Part shown: positions 16,618-26,925 of the stretch, piece by piece
Layout: every line of letters begins with the position of its first letter
Position numbering within the stretch: position 1 is the stretch's first letter
Origin: a virus
Lineage: Duplodnaviria; Caudoviricetes
Reading direction: 5' to 3' (one strand)
IMG/VR virus record: IMGVR_UViG_3300035698_028676
Coordinates: 1,643-65,642 of that record
Length of the DNA: 64,000 nt
The notes under the pieces: generated by a model
The model's database searches: none
What the model was told of the DNA's origin: nothing
The model's input: only the letters and a program-made list of their open reading frames with translations
Program-made: the position numbers and the translations under genes

Positions 16618-18474
16618 ATGGAATCAACTAAAAAAGATAGGCTTATTGAATGGATAAAGAATCCATACTCAATAGCGTTCTTAATAATTTTGGCACTAGG
16701 AATAGCTATAAGATTAAAGTATCTATTCATTAATGGGACTGGCATCTGGTGGGATGAAATAGGATGGTTACAAGCTGGACAAATTCTAGCTGGAATGTCA
16801 CCTGCAGCTTTTGAAGCCGCTAAGGCTCCATTATTCCCACTACTTGAAAGTTTTATATTCAAGCTTGGCGGAGGGGAGAACTTCATTAGATTTTTCCTGG
16901 TATTTATTCCTTCTATAGGAGTAATGATAGGGGCATACATTTTAGGGAAAGAAATCTTTAATAAAAAGGTAGGATTAATTACTATGGCTATAGTAACAGT
17001 CTTCTCACATCACTTATTCTATGAGGCTAGAATAATGGCAGATATGCTAGCCAACTGCTTAGAGCTATTAACAATAGCCCTATTCATATGTTTCTATGTT
17101 AATAATAAAAAACCTCATCTATTATTTATACCTATTATATTGGGTGTTTTTGCATTCCTTACAAGATACTCAGCATGTATCTCATTGATAGTTATAGCTA
17201 TATACTTACTTCTAACTGAAAGGTTTAGCTTATTAAAAAATAAACATGCATGGATTGCTGCAGGGGCTGCCTCTGTGATATTAATAATATTCGGGCTGAT
17301 AAACTTATCAGTATTCGGAAATGTGTGGCCTGCGATGATACATTATATCACTAGTCCTATTTCGGGGACAGCTGCAATAGAAGCTGCACATGGAGCTCTT
17401 AATTTTAGTTTTTTATATGCAATATTCGATTGGCTTAACTATGGACCATATTTATTAGGCACAGGAACTGCATTAATTAAATCATTATTACCATTATTTA
17501 TTATAGGTCTATCTTGTTTCTTTACTATGTTCTTATGTATGGACAAAATACTTAAAAAAGATATCAATAAAAAAGATGTTGCTGCAGTTAATAAGCTTAA
17601 ACCTATTCTTGTATTATTTCTTTGGATAGCCATATCTGCTTACTTCTGGATATTTTTCTGGCATTATGCTACCCCAAGGTGGGCGATGGGTATAGCCCCT
17701 GCAATATTTGTAATAGCAGCCTATGGTTATCATTATCTATATAATATAATTCTAAATACTATAGATAAGATAAAGCCTAATAAAAAGAATATGGCTCAGG
17801 CAATATCAGTAATAGTTATAGGAGTAATGATTTTATCTAGTTTAATAATAGTTTATCAGAGAACAGATAGAATGATAGATAGTAAAGCTGGTACTTATGA
17901 TTATTTAAAACCAACATCACTATGGCTACAAGATAATGTACAGGAAGATGAACTAATAATGTTCCCCTCTTATGTATGGTATGAATATTACACACAACGA
18001 GATAATTTTATTACAGATTATGATATAAAGGTTGCAGCATTTGAGCCTAGGAATCTTACACATCTATTCCTAGAAGATGTTCCATATGGGCTAATACCAA
18101 CGTGTGAATATGATTATGAGATAGCAATGAGAGATAGTGGAATAGATTATTTTGTATGGACAATAGGACAGCAGGTATGGACACCAACAACAGAATATAT
18201 GGACAAGGCTATGAAGGAAGGTATCTTTACTGGTTATGCTAACTTCAATTCAGCTTCCAATGGACAACCTTCTGCTTGGATATTTAAGGTAAATAAAGAA
18301 GCTTTAAATAAAAAGATTGATAATCTAGAATATGAGAACCAACTACTAGTCATGGTTACAATGGAGCAGTGGGGCCCCTGGAACGTCTACAAGGAGAGTA
18401 ATAATATAACAGAGCAAGATATTTGCGGATATGTTTATGGAGAGAAAGGAGGTAAATTTTATGGTGAAGATTAA
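16618..18474 (+). CDS. GT-C fold membrane glycosyltransferase (ArnT/PMT_2-like)
   Basis: RL...GIWWDE loop motif, PLFP, >10 TM helices, PRW motif, extracellular C-terminal domain. Confidence 0.85.
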   Translation: MESTKKDRLIEWIKNPYSIAFLIILALGIAIRLKYLFINGTGIWWDEIGWLQAGQILAGMSPAAFEAAKAPLFPLLESFIFKLGGGENFIRFFLVFIPSIGVMIGAYILGKEIFNKKVGLITMAIVTVFSHHLFYEARIMADMLANCLELLTIALFICFYVNNKKPHLLFIPIILGVFAFLTRYSACISLIVIAIYLLLTERFSLLKNKHAWIAAGAASVILIIFGLINLSVFGNVWPAMIHYITSPISGTAAIEAAHGALNFSFLYAIFDWLNYGPYLLGTGTALIKSLLPLFIIGLSCFFTMFLCMDKILKKDINKKDVAAVNKLKPILVLFLWIAISAYFWIFFWHYATPRWAMGIAPAIFVIAAYGYHYLYNIILNTIDKIKPNKKNMAQAISVIVIGVMILSSLIIVYQRTDRMIDSKAGTYDYLKPTSLWLQDNVQEDELIMFPSYVWYEYYTQRDNFITDYDIKVAAFEPRNLTHLFLEDVPYGLIPTCEYDYEIAMRDSGIDYFVWTIGQQVWTPTTEYMDKAMKEGIFTGYANFNSASNGQPSAWIFKVNKEALNKKIDNLEYENQLLVMVTMEQWGPWNVYKESNNITEQDICGYVYGEKGGKFYGED

Positions 18475-18775
18475 AAGAAAGATTAAAGAACAGTTATATT
18501 GTAAAAGATGTGGAGCTATGATAAAACGTCATTTTCAAATAAGTATTTCTCCTAAGAAAGTTATAGATGTATGTAGTGAATGCTTTAGTTGGACAATGGA
18601 CAAAACAGAGGTAGAAGTAAAGGTAGATTATAAAGAAAGGAATAAAAAGCCTGTAAAGAAAAAGATAATAAAGAAGATAGTAAAGAAGAAAGTCGTAAAG
18701 AAGGTAGTAAAGAAGAAAGTAGTAAAGAAGAAAGTAGTAAAGAAAACTAAAAAGAAGACAATAAGGAAAAAATAA
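18461..18775 (+). CDS. Zinc-finger protein with Lys/Val-rich histone H1-like tail
   Basis: CKRC...CSEC; KKKVVKKVVKKKVVKKK repeats; SD GAAAGGAGGT. Confidence 0.7.
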   Translation: MVKIKRKIKEQLYCKRCGAMIKRHFQISISPKKVIDVCSECFSWTMDKTEVEVKVDYKERNKKPVKKKIIKKIVKKKVVKKVVKKKVVKKKVVKKTKKKTIRKK

Positions 18776-18777
18776 AT

Positions 18778-19404
18778 ATGACTAAAAGCGAACTATTCAA
18801 AGAAATATATCCATTAATAAAAGGAAAAGATGTTCTTGATATTGGTTGCATAGAACATACACTAAGTGCCAAAGATATCAATCCATTCTGGGTACATGAA
18901 TTTCTAAAGAAAAACTGCAATGTCTTAGGAATAGATATCTTAGAAGATAGTGTAAATACCCTTAGCAAAGAAGGCTATAATATTATTGTAGCTAACGCAG
19001 AAACATTTGAATTAGATAAGAAGTTTGATATTATATTCGCGGGAGAATTGATAGAACACCTTAGTAACCCAGGATTGTTTCTACAGCAATCTAAAAAACA
19101 TTTGAATGATAATGGGTTAATTATAATCACTACTCCTAATACATTCTATACTCCAAGATTAGTAAATTGTGTTATTAATTTTAATGATGATCCTATAGTT
19201 AATGGAGAGCACACTAACTGGTTCTCCCCGTCAACTATAAAAACATTATTTGAACGTGAAGGTCTTGATATAGTATCTATTAAAAGATTTGATGCTGCTA
19301 CTTTAGATAAAACATTCAAGAGTAGATTAAAATCAGGGATAAATAAAAGTAGAGATAAAAAAATAAAAGGAAGCTTATTGGTTATAGCTAAGATTAAAAA
19401 ATGA
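18778..19404 (+). CDS. Class I SAM-dependent methyltransferase
   Basis: VLDIGC, FDIIFAGELIEHL, IITTPN. Confidence 0.9.
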   Translation: MTKSELFKEIYPLIKGKDVLDIGCIEHTLSAKDINPFWVHEFLKKNCNVLGIDILEDSVNTLSKEGYNIIVANAETFELDKKFDIIFAGELIEHLSNPGLFLQQSKKHLNDNGLIIITTPNTFYTPRLVNCVINFNDDPIVNGEHTNWFSPSTIKTLFEREGLDIVSIKRFDAATLDKTFKSRLKSGINKSRDKKIKGSLLVIAKIKK

Positions 19405-19841
19405 TGCCTAGAGAACATTTAGTATGTGGAGTTGCATTGGCTGTTGTATTATGGATTTTAGGAATAGGATTCATCCCAATTTGTATAATTATACTTGCTT
19501 CTATATTAATAGATATAGACCATGCTATAAATTATATTAATATATTCAAAAGATGCAATATAATAGAAATGTTTTCATATTTTAGAAGAGATGTAAGCTT
19601 AAAAAATTCTACTATACCTCTGCCTGTATTTATTTTTCATAACTATGAAACGATATTTATAATAGCTCTCCTTTCTCAGTTTTATCCATTTATGTTATTC
19701 GTTCTAGCTGGAGTCGCATTCCATATGTTTATAGACTGGGGGGTAATGCCAACAGATAGATATCCTGCTGTAATAAAACTATCTTTAATTTTAGTATTAC
19801 TTGAGAATGGAAGAAGAAGAAGGGGCTATTCAAAATGGTAG
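19401..19841 (+). CDS. Membrane metal-dependent hydrolase (YdjM-like)
   Basis: EH, IDIDH, FH, HMFID motifs within TM helices. Confidence 0.7.
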   Translation: MMPREHLVCGVALAVVLWILGIGFIPICIIILASILIDIDHAINYINIFKRCNIIEMFSYFRRDVSLKNSTIPLPVFIFHNYETIFIIALLSQFYPFMLFVLAGVAFHMFIDWGVMPTDRYPAVIKLSLILVLLENGRRRRGYSKW

Positions 19842-20719
19842 CAACTACAAAGACAGCCAAACCTAGAGATGTTTATCTAATGAGTTATGCTAATGGTAAA
19901 TTTATTAACAACCAGAAAAGACTTAACAAATCTGGCAAAGCTTATGGTATAAAAAATATAATATCATATACTGATTCAGATTTAAAAAGAACAAAGTTCT
20001 ATAATAAATACAAAGGAATATTAGACCAGCCACGTGGTGCTGGATATTGGTTATGGAAACCTTTCTTTATATATAAAGCTATGAAAGAATTAAATGATGG
20101 TGATATATTAATATACTCTGATTCAGGTGCTGTATTTGTTGAGAAACCAATGCCATTGCTCACTCTAGCCCTTAAAGAAAAGATACTTCTTTTTACTAAT
20201 AACGAACCTAATATTAAATGGAATAAAAGAAGATGTTTATCTAAGATGAATTGTGACTCTAAAAAATATTTAGATGCACCACAGGTGTCTGCTGGGTTCC
20301 AGATATATGTTAATAATGAAGAAACTAGAAAGTTCGTTAAGGAGTGGTTATACTATTGTTGTATGCCTGGAGTTATAGATGACACCACAAGTAGTCCTGG
20401 AGAATATGAAGAGTATGCCGAATACAAGGAACATCGTCATGACCAATCTGTTTTAACTAATCTGGCTACTAAATATAATATTCCACTCTACCGAGACCCA
20501 TCTCAAGGTGGCAATTACATTAAGCCACTAAAATTTAGACAAAAAGGAGAATGGTTGCAGTACCCTTATAAATATAAAGATACACCTAACAATAAAAAAT
20601 CTAATTACCCTACTATTATTAATCACCTAAGAAATACCAATAAAATGAAATTATCACTAATTAAATTACAATCAAAATTACCAAGATGGTTAAAGATGAT
20701 ATTAAGAAGAAAAAAATGA
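19835..20719 (+). CDS. Putative glycosyltransferase (GYWLWKP/HRHDQS family)
   Basis: RGAGYWLWKP, YSDSG, EHRHDQSVL. Confidence 0.75.
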   Translation: MVATTKTAKPRDVYLMSYANGKFINNQKRLNKSGKAYGIKNIISYTDSDLKRTKFYNKYKGILDQPRGAGYWLWKPFFIYKAMKELNDGDILIYSDSGAVFVEKPMPLLTLALKEKILLFTNNEPNIKWNKRRCLSKMNCDSKKYLDAPQVSAGFQIYVNNEETRKFVKEWLYYCCMPGVIDDTTSSPGEYEEYAEYKEHRHDQSVLTNLATKYNIPLYRDPSQGGNYIKPLKFRQKGEWLQYPYKYKDTPNNKKSNYPTIINHLRNTNKMKLSLIKLQSKLPRWLKMILRRKK

Positions 20720-21981
20720 AAGAAAAAATTTTAGTTATAGGTGATGTTATGGTGGACTCATATATAGGAGGATCTGTTAATAGAATAAACCCAGAGGCCC
20801 CAACTCTTATATTAGAAGCTGAAGAAGAAACTTTATCTCTAGGAGGAGCAGCTAATGTAGCTAACAACTTAATTAGTCTTGGTGCAGAAGCGTATTTAAT
20901 TGGATATACTGGGAAAGATGAAGCTGGGAAAGATTTTAACAGAATGGCAAAAGACAGAGGAATCAATATAAAGCTATTTGAATCTAGCATAACAACTCTT
21001 AAGAAGAGATATGGATACCCACAGATGCTAAGAGTAGACTGGGAAGATAAAGTAAATGTTTCTGATAAAGAAATATCTGAGATAATCTTAAAAATTAAAG
21101 AAGTCGAACCTTCTATTATTATAATATCAGATTATGCTAAAGGTTGTATCTCACAAGAATTATTTGATAAAATTGTGGAGCTGAATAGAGCACTAAACTT
21201 TAAAATTATAGTTGACCCGAAACCAAGTAGCGGGATTAATTATAAAGGCTGCTTTCTAATGACACCAAACCTTAAAGAAGCTATAGAAATTTCTAAAAAT
21301 AATAGCTTAGAATACACTGGTGATTATCTAGTTAATAAATATGAATGTAATGTTATGATAACAATGGGAGATGATGGTATAAGTTTATTCACTAAAGGTA
21401 AATATACTAAGCTACCAACTGTAGCTAAAGAAGTTTATAATGTTAGTGGCGCTGGAGATGCTGTTATCGCATCAATGGCTTTTGCTATATCCAAGGGCTG
21501 GGAATTAGATAAAGCTATGAAGTTTGCTAACAGTATTGCTGGAGAGGTGGTCTCTACTAAGCGTACATCTATAAAGGGAAACAAAAAGATAGTACTTACA
21601 AATGGTTGCTTTGATATTTTACATGCTGGACATATAGAATACCTTGAAAAAGCTGGGGAGATGGGATATCTTATAGTTGGCTTAAATAGTGATACCTCAA
21701 TGGAAAGAATAAAACGAAAACCTCAGTTCAGCCAAGAGGATAGAAAAACAATACTAGAGAAGTTAAGATTTGTAGATGAAGTTATAATTTTTGATGAAGA
21801 TACTCCTATAAAATTAATTAATAAAATAAATCCAGATATATATGTTAAGAGTAAGGGTTATAAAGATATTGATGCTATAGATGAGTCTATCCGTGAATTG
21901 GTGAGAGATAGGTTGTGCATAATTCCCCCAAGTAATAATAAATCTTCCTCGGAGATAATAAACAAAATTAAAAATGGATAA
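20716..21981 (+). CDS. hldE: Bifunctional heptose-7-phosphate kinase / heptose-1-phosphate adenylyltransferase (HldE/RfaE-like)
   Basis: GDVMVD, RINPEAP, GGAANVA, SDYAKG, VDPK, GAGD; NGCFDILHAGH, GLNSD. Confidence 0.9.
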   Translation: MKEKILVIGDVMVDSYIGGSVNRINPEAPTLILEAEEETLSLGGAANVANNLISLGAEAYLIGYTGKDEAGKDFNRMAKDRGINIKLFESSITTLKKRYGYPQMLRVDWEDKVNVSDKEISEIILKIKEVEPSIIIISDYAKGCISQELFDKIVELNRALNFKIIVDPKPSSGINYKGCFLMTPNLKEAIEISKNNSLEYTGDYLVNKYECNVMITMGDDGISLFTKGKYTKLPTVAKEVYNVSGAGDAVIASMAFAISKGWELDKAMKFANSIAGEVVSTKRTSIKGNKKIVLTNGCFDILHAGHIEYLEKAGEMGYLIVGLNSDTSMERIKRKPQFSQEDRKTILEKLRFVDEVIIFDEDTPIKLINKINPDIYVKSKGYKDIDAIDESIRELVRDRLCIIPPSNNKSSSEIINKIKNG

Positions 21982-22654
21982 GACAAGAGAGCCAGTAGGG
22001 TTGATATCCGTTAAGGATATGCCAACACAATATATACTACCAGTAAGTGAAATAAACAAACTCCCTTCTGATAGAAATTATAAACTGTTAGATATAGGAG
22101 CTGGGATAAAAGATATAAGAAAATTCTTGCCAGGTAATATAACATACTTCTCAATAGATTGTACAGCTGATGTTAAACATAATATAGTTCTAGATTTAGA
22201 TAAGGGTAGTGATGGCAAAGGACATATCCCAATTAAAGACAAACTATTTGATATAGTCTTGTGCTTAGAGACACTAGAACATTTACAGAGCCCTCAGAGG
22301 ACCATGGATGAGATATTAAGAATAGCTAAAGATGATGCGTCAATATTCTTGTCAATGCCAAATGAATATAATTTTTGGTTAAGGTTTCAATATATTCTTG
22401 GGATAAAGGATAAAATGAAAGAACCATTTCAAATAGTAAATAACCATCTTCATATCCATTTACCTAGAGTTAAAGATATTAAAAAATTCTTTAGTAATTA
22501 TGTGAAGATAGAAAAGGTATACTATGGATGGAATTCATATAGAGCACCAAGAATATTTAACGGGATGCTCACTAAGTTATCTAAAATATGGCCAAGTATG
22601 TTTACCAGAATGGTTGTGGTTAAAGGTAACAAATATAATACCACTACTCTGTAG
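21974..22654 (+). CDS. Class I SAM-dependent methyltransferase
   Basis: LLDIGAG, FDIVLCLETLEHL, SMPN. Confidence 0.88.
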   Translation: MDKTREPVGLISVKDMPTQYILPVSEINKLPSDRNYKLLDIGAGIKDIRKFLPGNITYFSIDCTADVKHNIVLDLDKGSDGKGHIPIKDKLFDIVLCLETLEHLQSPQRTMDEILRIAKDDASIFLSMPNEYNFWLRFQYILGIKDKMKEPFQIVNNHLHIHLPRVKDIKKFFSNYVKIEKVYYGWNSYRAPRIFNGMLTKLSKIWPSMFTRMVVVKGNKYNTTTL

Positions 22655-22675
22655 TAGTATCGGAAGACTTATAAA
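22642..22675 (+). promoter_or_regulatory. Class A promoter copy 6
   Basis: CACTAC-TCT-GTAGTA-GTATCGGAAGA-CTTATAAA; contains upstream TAG; ATG 24 nt downstream. Confidence 0.8.
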
Positions 22676-22699
22676 GGGTAGTGTATATAGAGTATCATT

Positions 22700-23518
22700 A
22701 TGAGGTTTATAATTACAGGACATCTTGGACTTATCGGGTCATCTCTAAAAAAGCGACTAGAAGACGAAGGAAATAAGTGTGTATTGAAAATGGATTTGAG
22801 AGACGGTAAAGATATTACTTATGACCTAGAAGGGAAAAAGTGTAATGCTGATATCATGTTTCATTTAGCCGCAAGATGTAAAATAAATAAAAGTATTTCT
22901 AATCCAGAATGGTGTTTTGAAAACGTTGCAGCTATACATGAGGTAATGGAATTTTGTCGTAAGAATAATATTAAAAAAGTAGTAGCCTTTTCAAGTTCAA
23001 GAATTCTTAATAAAGAAGTAAACCCATACACAGCATCAAAGAAATACTTAGAAGAATTATGTAGGACATATTATTCATGTTATGGTATAGAATATATTAT
23101 AATTCGTCCGAGTACAGTTTATGGGCCATTCGATGATAAAACACATAGGCTAATAGATATCTGGATTAAGAATGCACTAAAGGATAATGACTTAGTTATC
23201 TATGGGAATGGTAAAAAAACATTGGACTTTACTTATATTAATGACTTTATAGATGGTGTTATGCTAACATTAAAAAATGGTATGAATAAAGAATATAACA
23301 TATCTGGTAATGAAGAATTTAATCTTAAGAAATTAGCTGAAATTATAATAAAAGAAACTAATAGTAAAAGTAAAGTTATACTAAAAACAGCAGAGGCAGA
23401 ACAACCGCAGAAAGTGCATGTTGATATATCTAAGATTAAGAAATTAGGGTATACTCCTAAAGTAAAACTTAATGATGGAATCAAAAAAACAATTGAGTTC
23501 TATAAAAAAATAAAATGA
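22700..23518 (+). CDS. NAD-dependent nucleotide-sugar epimerase/dehydratase
   Basis: ITGHLGLIG, HLAA, YTASK, TVYGP, DFTYIND. Confidence 0.9.
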   Translation: MRFIITGHLGLIGSSLKKRLEDEGNKCVLKMDLRDGKDITYDLEGKKCNADIMFHLAARCKINKSISNPEWCFENVAAIHEVMEFCRKNNIKKVVAFSSSRILNKEVNPYTASKKYLEELCRTYYSCYGIEYIIIRPSTVYGPFDDKTHRLIDIWIKNALKDNDLVIYGNGKKTLDFTYINDFIDGVMLTLKNGMNKEYNISGNEEFNLKKLAEIIIKETNSKSKVILKTAEAEQPQKVHVDISKIKKLGYTPKVKLNDGIKKTIEFYKKIK

Positions 23519-24303
23519 AAAAAGTATTATTCACAACAGTTAATGGAATATTAAAACCGTTCAAAGGAAGAGGATTAAGTAATACAAAGATAGGAAAATT
23601 TGTATATGAAAAAATGTTCATTCCTAATAAACCAGACTATGTTAATGTAGAAGGATTTAAGTTGTATCTACATAAGGGTGGAGATCTTTTATCTGACAGT
23701 CTTTTAATCTCTAAAGAATATGAGCCAGTAGAAACTAGAGTGATAAAGGAATTAGTTAATGAAGGTGATATAGTTGTAGATGCCGGAGCTAATATAGGAT
23801 ACTATACTGTATTAATGTCTAAAGAAGTCGGACCCAATGGTAAGGTATATGCTTTTGAGCCCGGTAAAGAATGTTTTGATATACTTGCGAAGAATGTTAA
23901 AGAAAATAATTGTAATAATGTTGTTCTTATTAATAAGGCGATATCAGATAAAGAGGGAGAAATTAAATTCTATGTTAATGAAAAAGATAAAGCCTCTAGT
24001 AGCATACTTGAAGAAACAAAGCATTTGGGTAAGGAAGTTATAGTTAAAGCTACAACTCTAGATAAAGAAGTAATAGAAGATGTAGATTTTATGAAGATGG
24101 ATATAGAAGGTGCTGAGCTTGGTGGATTGATTGGTGGTAAAGAGCTATTGCAAAACTGTGGCAAGATGGTGATAGAAGCTCCAGAAGACCGAAGAGATTT
24201 CAAAGATATAGAACAGGTGTTACTTGAAAATAAATATAGGATTGAAAGGTTAGACGAAGGGAATATATTCTGTATAAAAAGAAAGAAGGAGGATATTATT
24301 TAA
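23515..24303 (+). CDS. FkbM-family methyltransferase
   Basis: VDAGANIGYY, AFEP, KMDIEGAE. Confidence 0.92.
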   Translation: MKKVLFTTVNGILKPFKGRGLSNTKIGKFVYEKMFIPNKPDYVNVEGFKLYLHKGGDLLSDSLLISKEYEPVETRVIKELVNEGDIVVDAGANIGYYTVLMSKEVGPNGKVYAFEPGKECFDILAKNVKENNCNNVVLINKAISDKEGEIKFYVNEKDKASSSILEETKHLGKEVIVKATTLDKEVIEDVDFMKMDIEGAELGGLIGGKELLQNCGKMVIEAPEDRRDFKDIEQVLLENKYRIERLDEGNIFCIKRKKEDII

Positions 24304-24307
24304 TAAT

Positions 24308-24673
24308 ATGGAAATGACTATAGGGGAATTTGTAGATAAGTTAAGTATCCAGTTACATAAAGTACAAAAGATAGGTGAAGAATCTTATCCTGAATTCATT
24401 AAATTAACAGAAGAGCTTCTATTAAAAACTCCAATAGAAAATATTGAAGAAGTATTTAAGAGTTTAAGAGAACTTTATAAAATCAATGGGGAAATATGGT
24501 TGTTAGAATCGGGGTTACGACAAGGGAAAGAAGGCAAGATATCGCTTAAAGATGTTGGCAAAACAGCAATACAAATAAGAAATATAAATAATAAAAGAGT
24601 AGCTGAGCAGAATAGACTAATAGGGATAGTTGGTGGATTTAAGAATATAAAAAGAGACCATGCTTCGGCATAA
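24308..24673 (+). CDS. DUF6165-like protein
   Basis: GEFVDKLSI...LYKINGEIWLLE..LR...N..R. Confidence 0.65.
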   Translation: MEMTIGEFVDKLSIQLHKVQKIGEESYPEFIKLTEELLLKTPIENIEEVFKSLRELYKINGEIWLLESGLRQGKEGKISLKDVGKTAIQIRNINNKRVAEQNRLIGIVGGFKNIKRDHASA

Positions 24674-24680
24674 AAAATAT

Positions 24681-25562
24681 ATGGAAGAACAAACAGTATC
24701 ATTAATTATAACATCCTTTAAAGAGAAGACATTAGATAAAGCGATAGCAGCAGCTTTAAATCAGAATACTAAATACAACTATAATGTGATAGTTGTATCT
24801 CCTGATGATAAAGATTTACAATTTGCAGAATCAGTTGGAGCTATTCCATTTAAGGATCCAGGCCAAGGCAAAAGCTTTGCTCTTAACAAAGTATTCAAAG
24901 AAATAAAATCAGATATACTTATATTTACCGACGGTGATGTCTATATAAATAGTACAGCAGTAGAGGAAATAGTCAATGGATTTAATAATACGAAAATAGG
25001 ATGTTTAACTGGGCGACCTGTTCCATTAGAAAATAGAAAAAGTAAGTATGGATATTGGGCTAATGTATTATTTAATGCTGCCCATAAAATAAGAAGAGAT
25101 GCTTTTCTTAATAACAAGTTTATAGAATGTTCTGGTTATCTATTCGCATTCCGTGGCGGTCATATTAAAAAGATTCCACTTGATGTAGCAGAGGATACAT
25201 ACATACCATTTTTCTTTTCTGGGAAAGGCTACAGAATAGGATATGCAGAAAAAGCAAAAGTATATGTTAAGAATGTGGATAACTTTAAAGACTGGTTGCT
25301 CCAGAAGGTGAGGACTAGTAAGGCTCATGAAACTCTTGATAAATATGTGGATACTAAAAAGAATAAGAAAGTAAAATCTTTATCTGGAGAAGCCAAGGGT
25401 TTGTTTAAGGTTTTGAAAGAACCAGCTAATCCTAGAGAATTTTATTGGACACTTCAGCTGATTGCAGCTAGAGGTTATATGTGGGCCAAAGTTAAGACCG
25501 ATATAAAGATTAAAAATAAACATTACAGTGACGGATGGGAAAGCCCTAAGTCTACGAAATAA
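24681..25562 (+). CDS. Glycosyltransferase family 2
   Basis: GKSFALN, FTDGD, AED, QKVR. Confidence 0.88.
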   Translation: MEEQTVSLIITSFKEKTLDKAIAAALNQNTKYNYNVIVVSPDDKDLQFAESVGAIPFKDPGQGKSFALNKVFKEIKSDILIFTDGDVYINSTAVEEIVNGFNNTKIGCLTGRPVPLENRKSKYGYWANVLFNAAHKIRRDAFLNNKFIECSGYLFAFRGGHIKKIPLDVAEDTYIPFFFSGKGYRIGYAEKAKVYVKNVDNFKDWLLQKVRTSKAHETLDKYVDTKKNKKVKSLSGEAKGLFKVLKEPANPREFYWTLQLIAARGYMWAKVKTDIKIKNKHYSDGWESPKSTK

Positions 25563-25581
25563 ATAGAAGGAGGAATAAAAT

Positions 25582-25941
25582 ATGAAAAAAGTAAATAAAG
25601 TATGGGGAGAAGAAAAGTGGATAGTAAATAGAGATTATTGCGGCAAAGTTCTTATCTTAAATAAAGGTTTTAAATGTAGTATGCATAAACATAAAATTAA
25701 AGATGAAACATTCTATATGAATAAAGGTAAAATACTATTAGAATATGGTGATGATAAATCTATAATGTATCCAGGAGATGTCCAACTAATTGAACCTGGA
25801 GTATATCATAGCTTCACTGGTCTAGAAGATTCAGAGATTATAGAATTCTCAACACATCATAGAGACGATGATTCTTACAGGAAAGATTCATCGGGTAAAG
25901 TTGATCTATCTTCTATAAAACTACCAGAGGAGAAAAAATGA
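25582..25941 (+). CDS. Cupin-fold sugar isomerase-like protein
   Basis: KVWGEEKWIVN.YCGK, SMHKH..KDETF, YHSF, EFST. Confidence 0.8.
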   Translation: MKKVNKVWGEEKWIVNRDYCGKVLILNKGFKCSMHKHKIKDETFYMNKGKILLEYGDDKSIMYPGDVQLIEPGVYHSFTGLEDSEIIEFSTHHRDDDSYRKDSSGKVDLSSIKLPEEKK

Positions 25942-26846
25942 AATACTTAGTAACTGGAGGAGCTGGATTTATAGGGAGTAATATAGCTAAGCATCTTTAT
26001 GAGGCTGGGCATGATGTAACTATAATAGATGATTTTAGTTCTGGATATATGTATAATCTAAATGGATTTAAGGGAGAAATAATTAAATGGGATATATCTA
26101 AACCATACGCCTTTAACAAAAAATATGATGCTATATTCCATCAAGCAGCAATAACCGACCCAAGGTATCCAGATGATAAAGAGGTTTTAAATAAGAACAT
26201 AGCTGGATTTAAACTTATGCTTCAAAAGGCTAAAAAGGATAAATCAAAATTGGTATATGCTTCTAGCGCAAATCTATATGGGAATGGGGATACCCCACAA
26301 CAAGAAGACCAACTAAAAGAACTTATGAACGCCTATGGTACATCAAAGTTTATAATGGATGAGATAGCAAGCTATCACTTTAATAGTATGCATATAGTAG
26401 GTTTAAGATACTTTAATGTATTCGGTCCAGGTGAAGGTGGTAAGGGTGTTCCAGCTTCTATGATATATCATCTAATAAATAATATGAGAGAGGGTAAATC
26501 TCCTAGAATATTTAAAATGGGAGAACAAATACGTGACCATATATATGTTAAAGATTGTGTAACTGCAAATATAAATGCATTAGATTCAAAATCTGGAGTT
26601 TATAATGTTGGTACAGGTAGAGGAACAGACTTTAATGAACTAGTGTGTATTATAAATAAAGAATTAGGAAAAGATATGCCTATAGAATATTTTGATATGC
26701 CATATGATAAATCCACTTACCAAGCAAACACACAAGCTGATACTAAAAAGGCAGAGGAAGTTTTAGGCTTTAAAGCTAAGTTTACATTAGAAGAGGGTAT
26801 TAAAGAATACGCAAAAGTTCTAAAAAATGAAGTTGCTACTAAGTAG
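25938..26846 (+). CDS. hldD: ADP-L-glycero-D-manno-heptose 6-epimerase-like (HldD/RfaD)
   Basis: TGGAGFIGSN, FHQAA, YASSA..YG, YGTSK, LRYFNVFGP.E..KG..ASM, YQ..TQAD. Confidence 0.82.
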   Translation: MKYLVTGGAGFIGSNIAKHLYEAGHDVTIIDDFSSGYMYNLNGFKGEIIKWDISKPYAFNKKYDAIFHQAAITDPRYPDDKEVLNKNIAGFKLMLQKAKKDKSKLVYASSANLYGNGDTPQQEDQLKELMNAYGTSKFIMDEIASYHFNSMHIVGLRYFNVFGPGEGGKGVPASMIYHLINNMREGKSPRIFKMGEQIRDHIYVKDCVTANINALDSKSGVYNVGTGRGTDFNELVCIINKELGKDMPIEYFDMPYDKSTYQANTQADTKKAEEVLGFKAKFTLEEGIKEYAKVLKNEVATK

Positions 26847-26867
26847 TAGTATCGGAAGGTTTATATA
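26834..26867 (+). promoter_or_regulatory. Class A promoter copy 7 (upstream of the aglB unit)
   Basis: TGCTAC-TAA-GTAGTA-GTATCGGAAGG-TTTATATA; contains upstream TAG. Confidence 0.82.
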
Positions 26868-26925
26868 CTCATACCCTATAGAGAGAGTATGGTAAACTTT
26901 ATATTATTAGAATGGAGGTGTTTAA

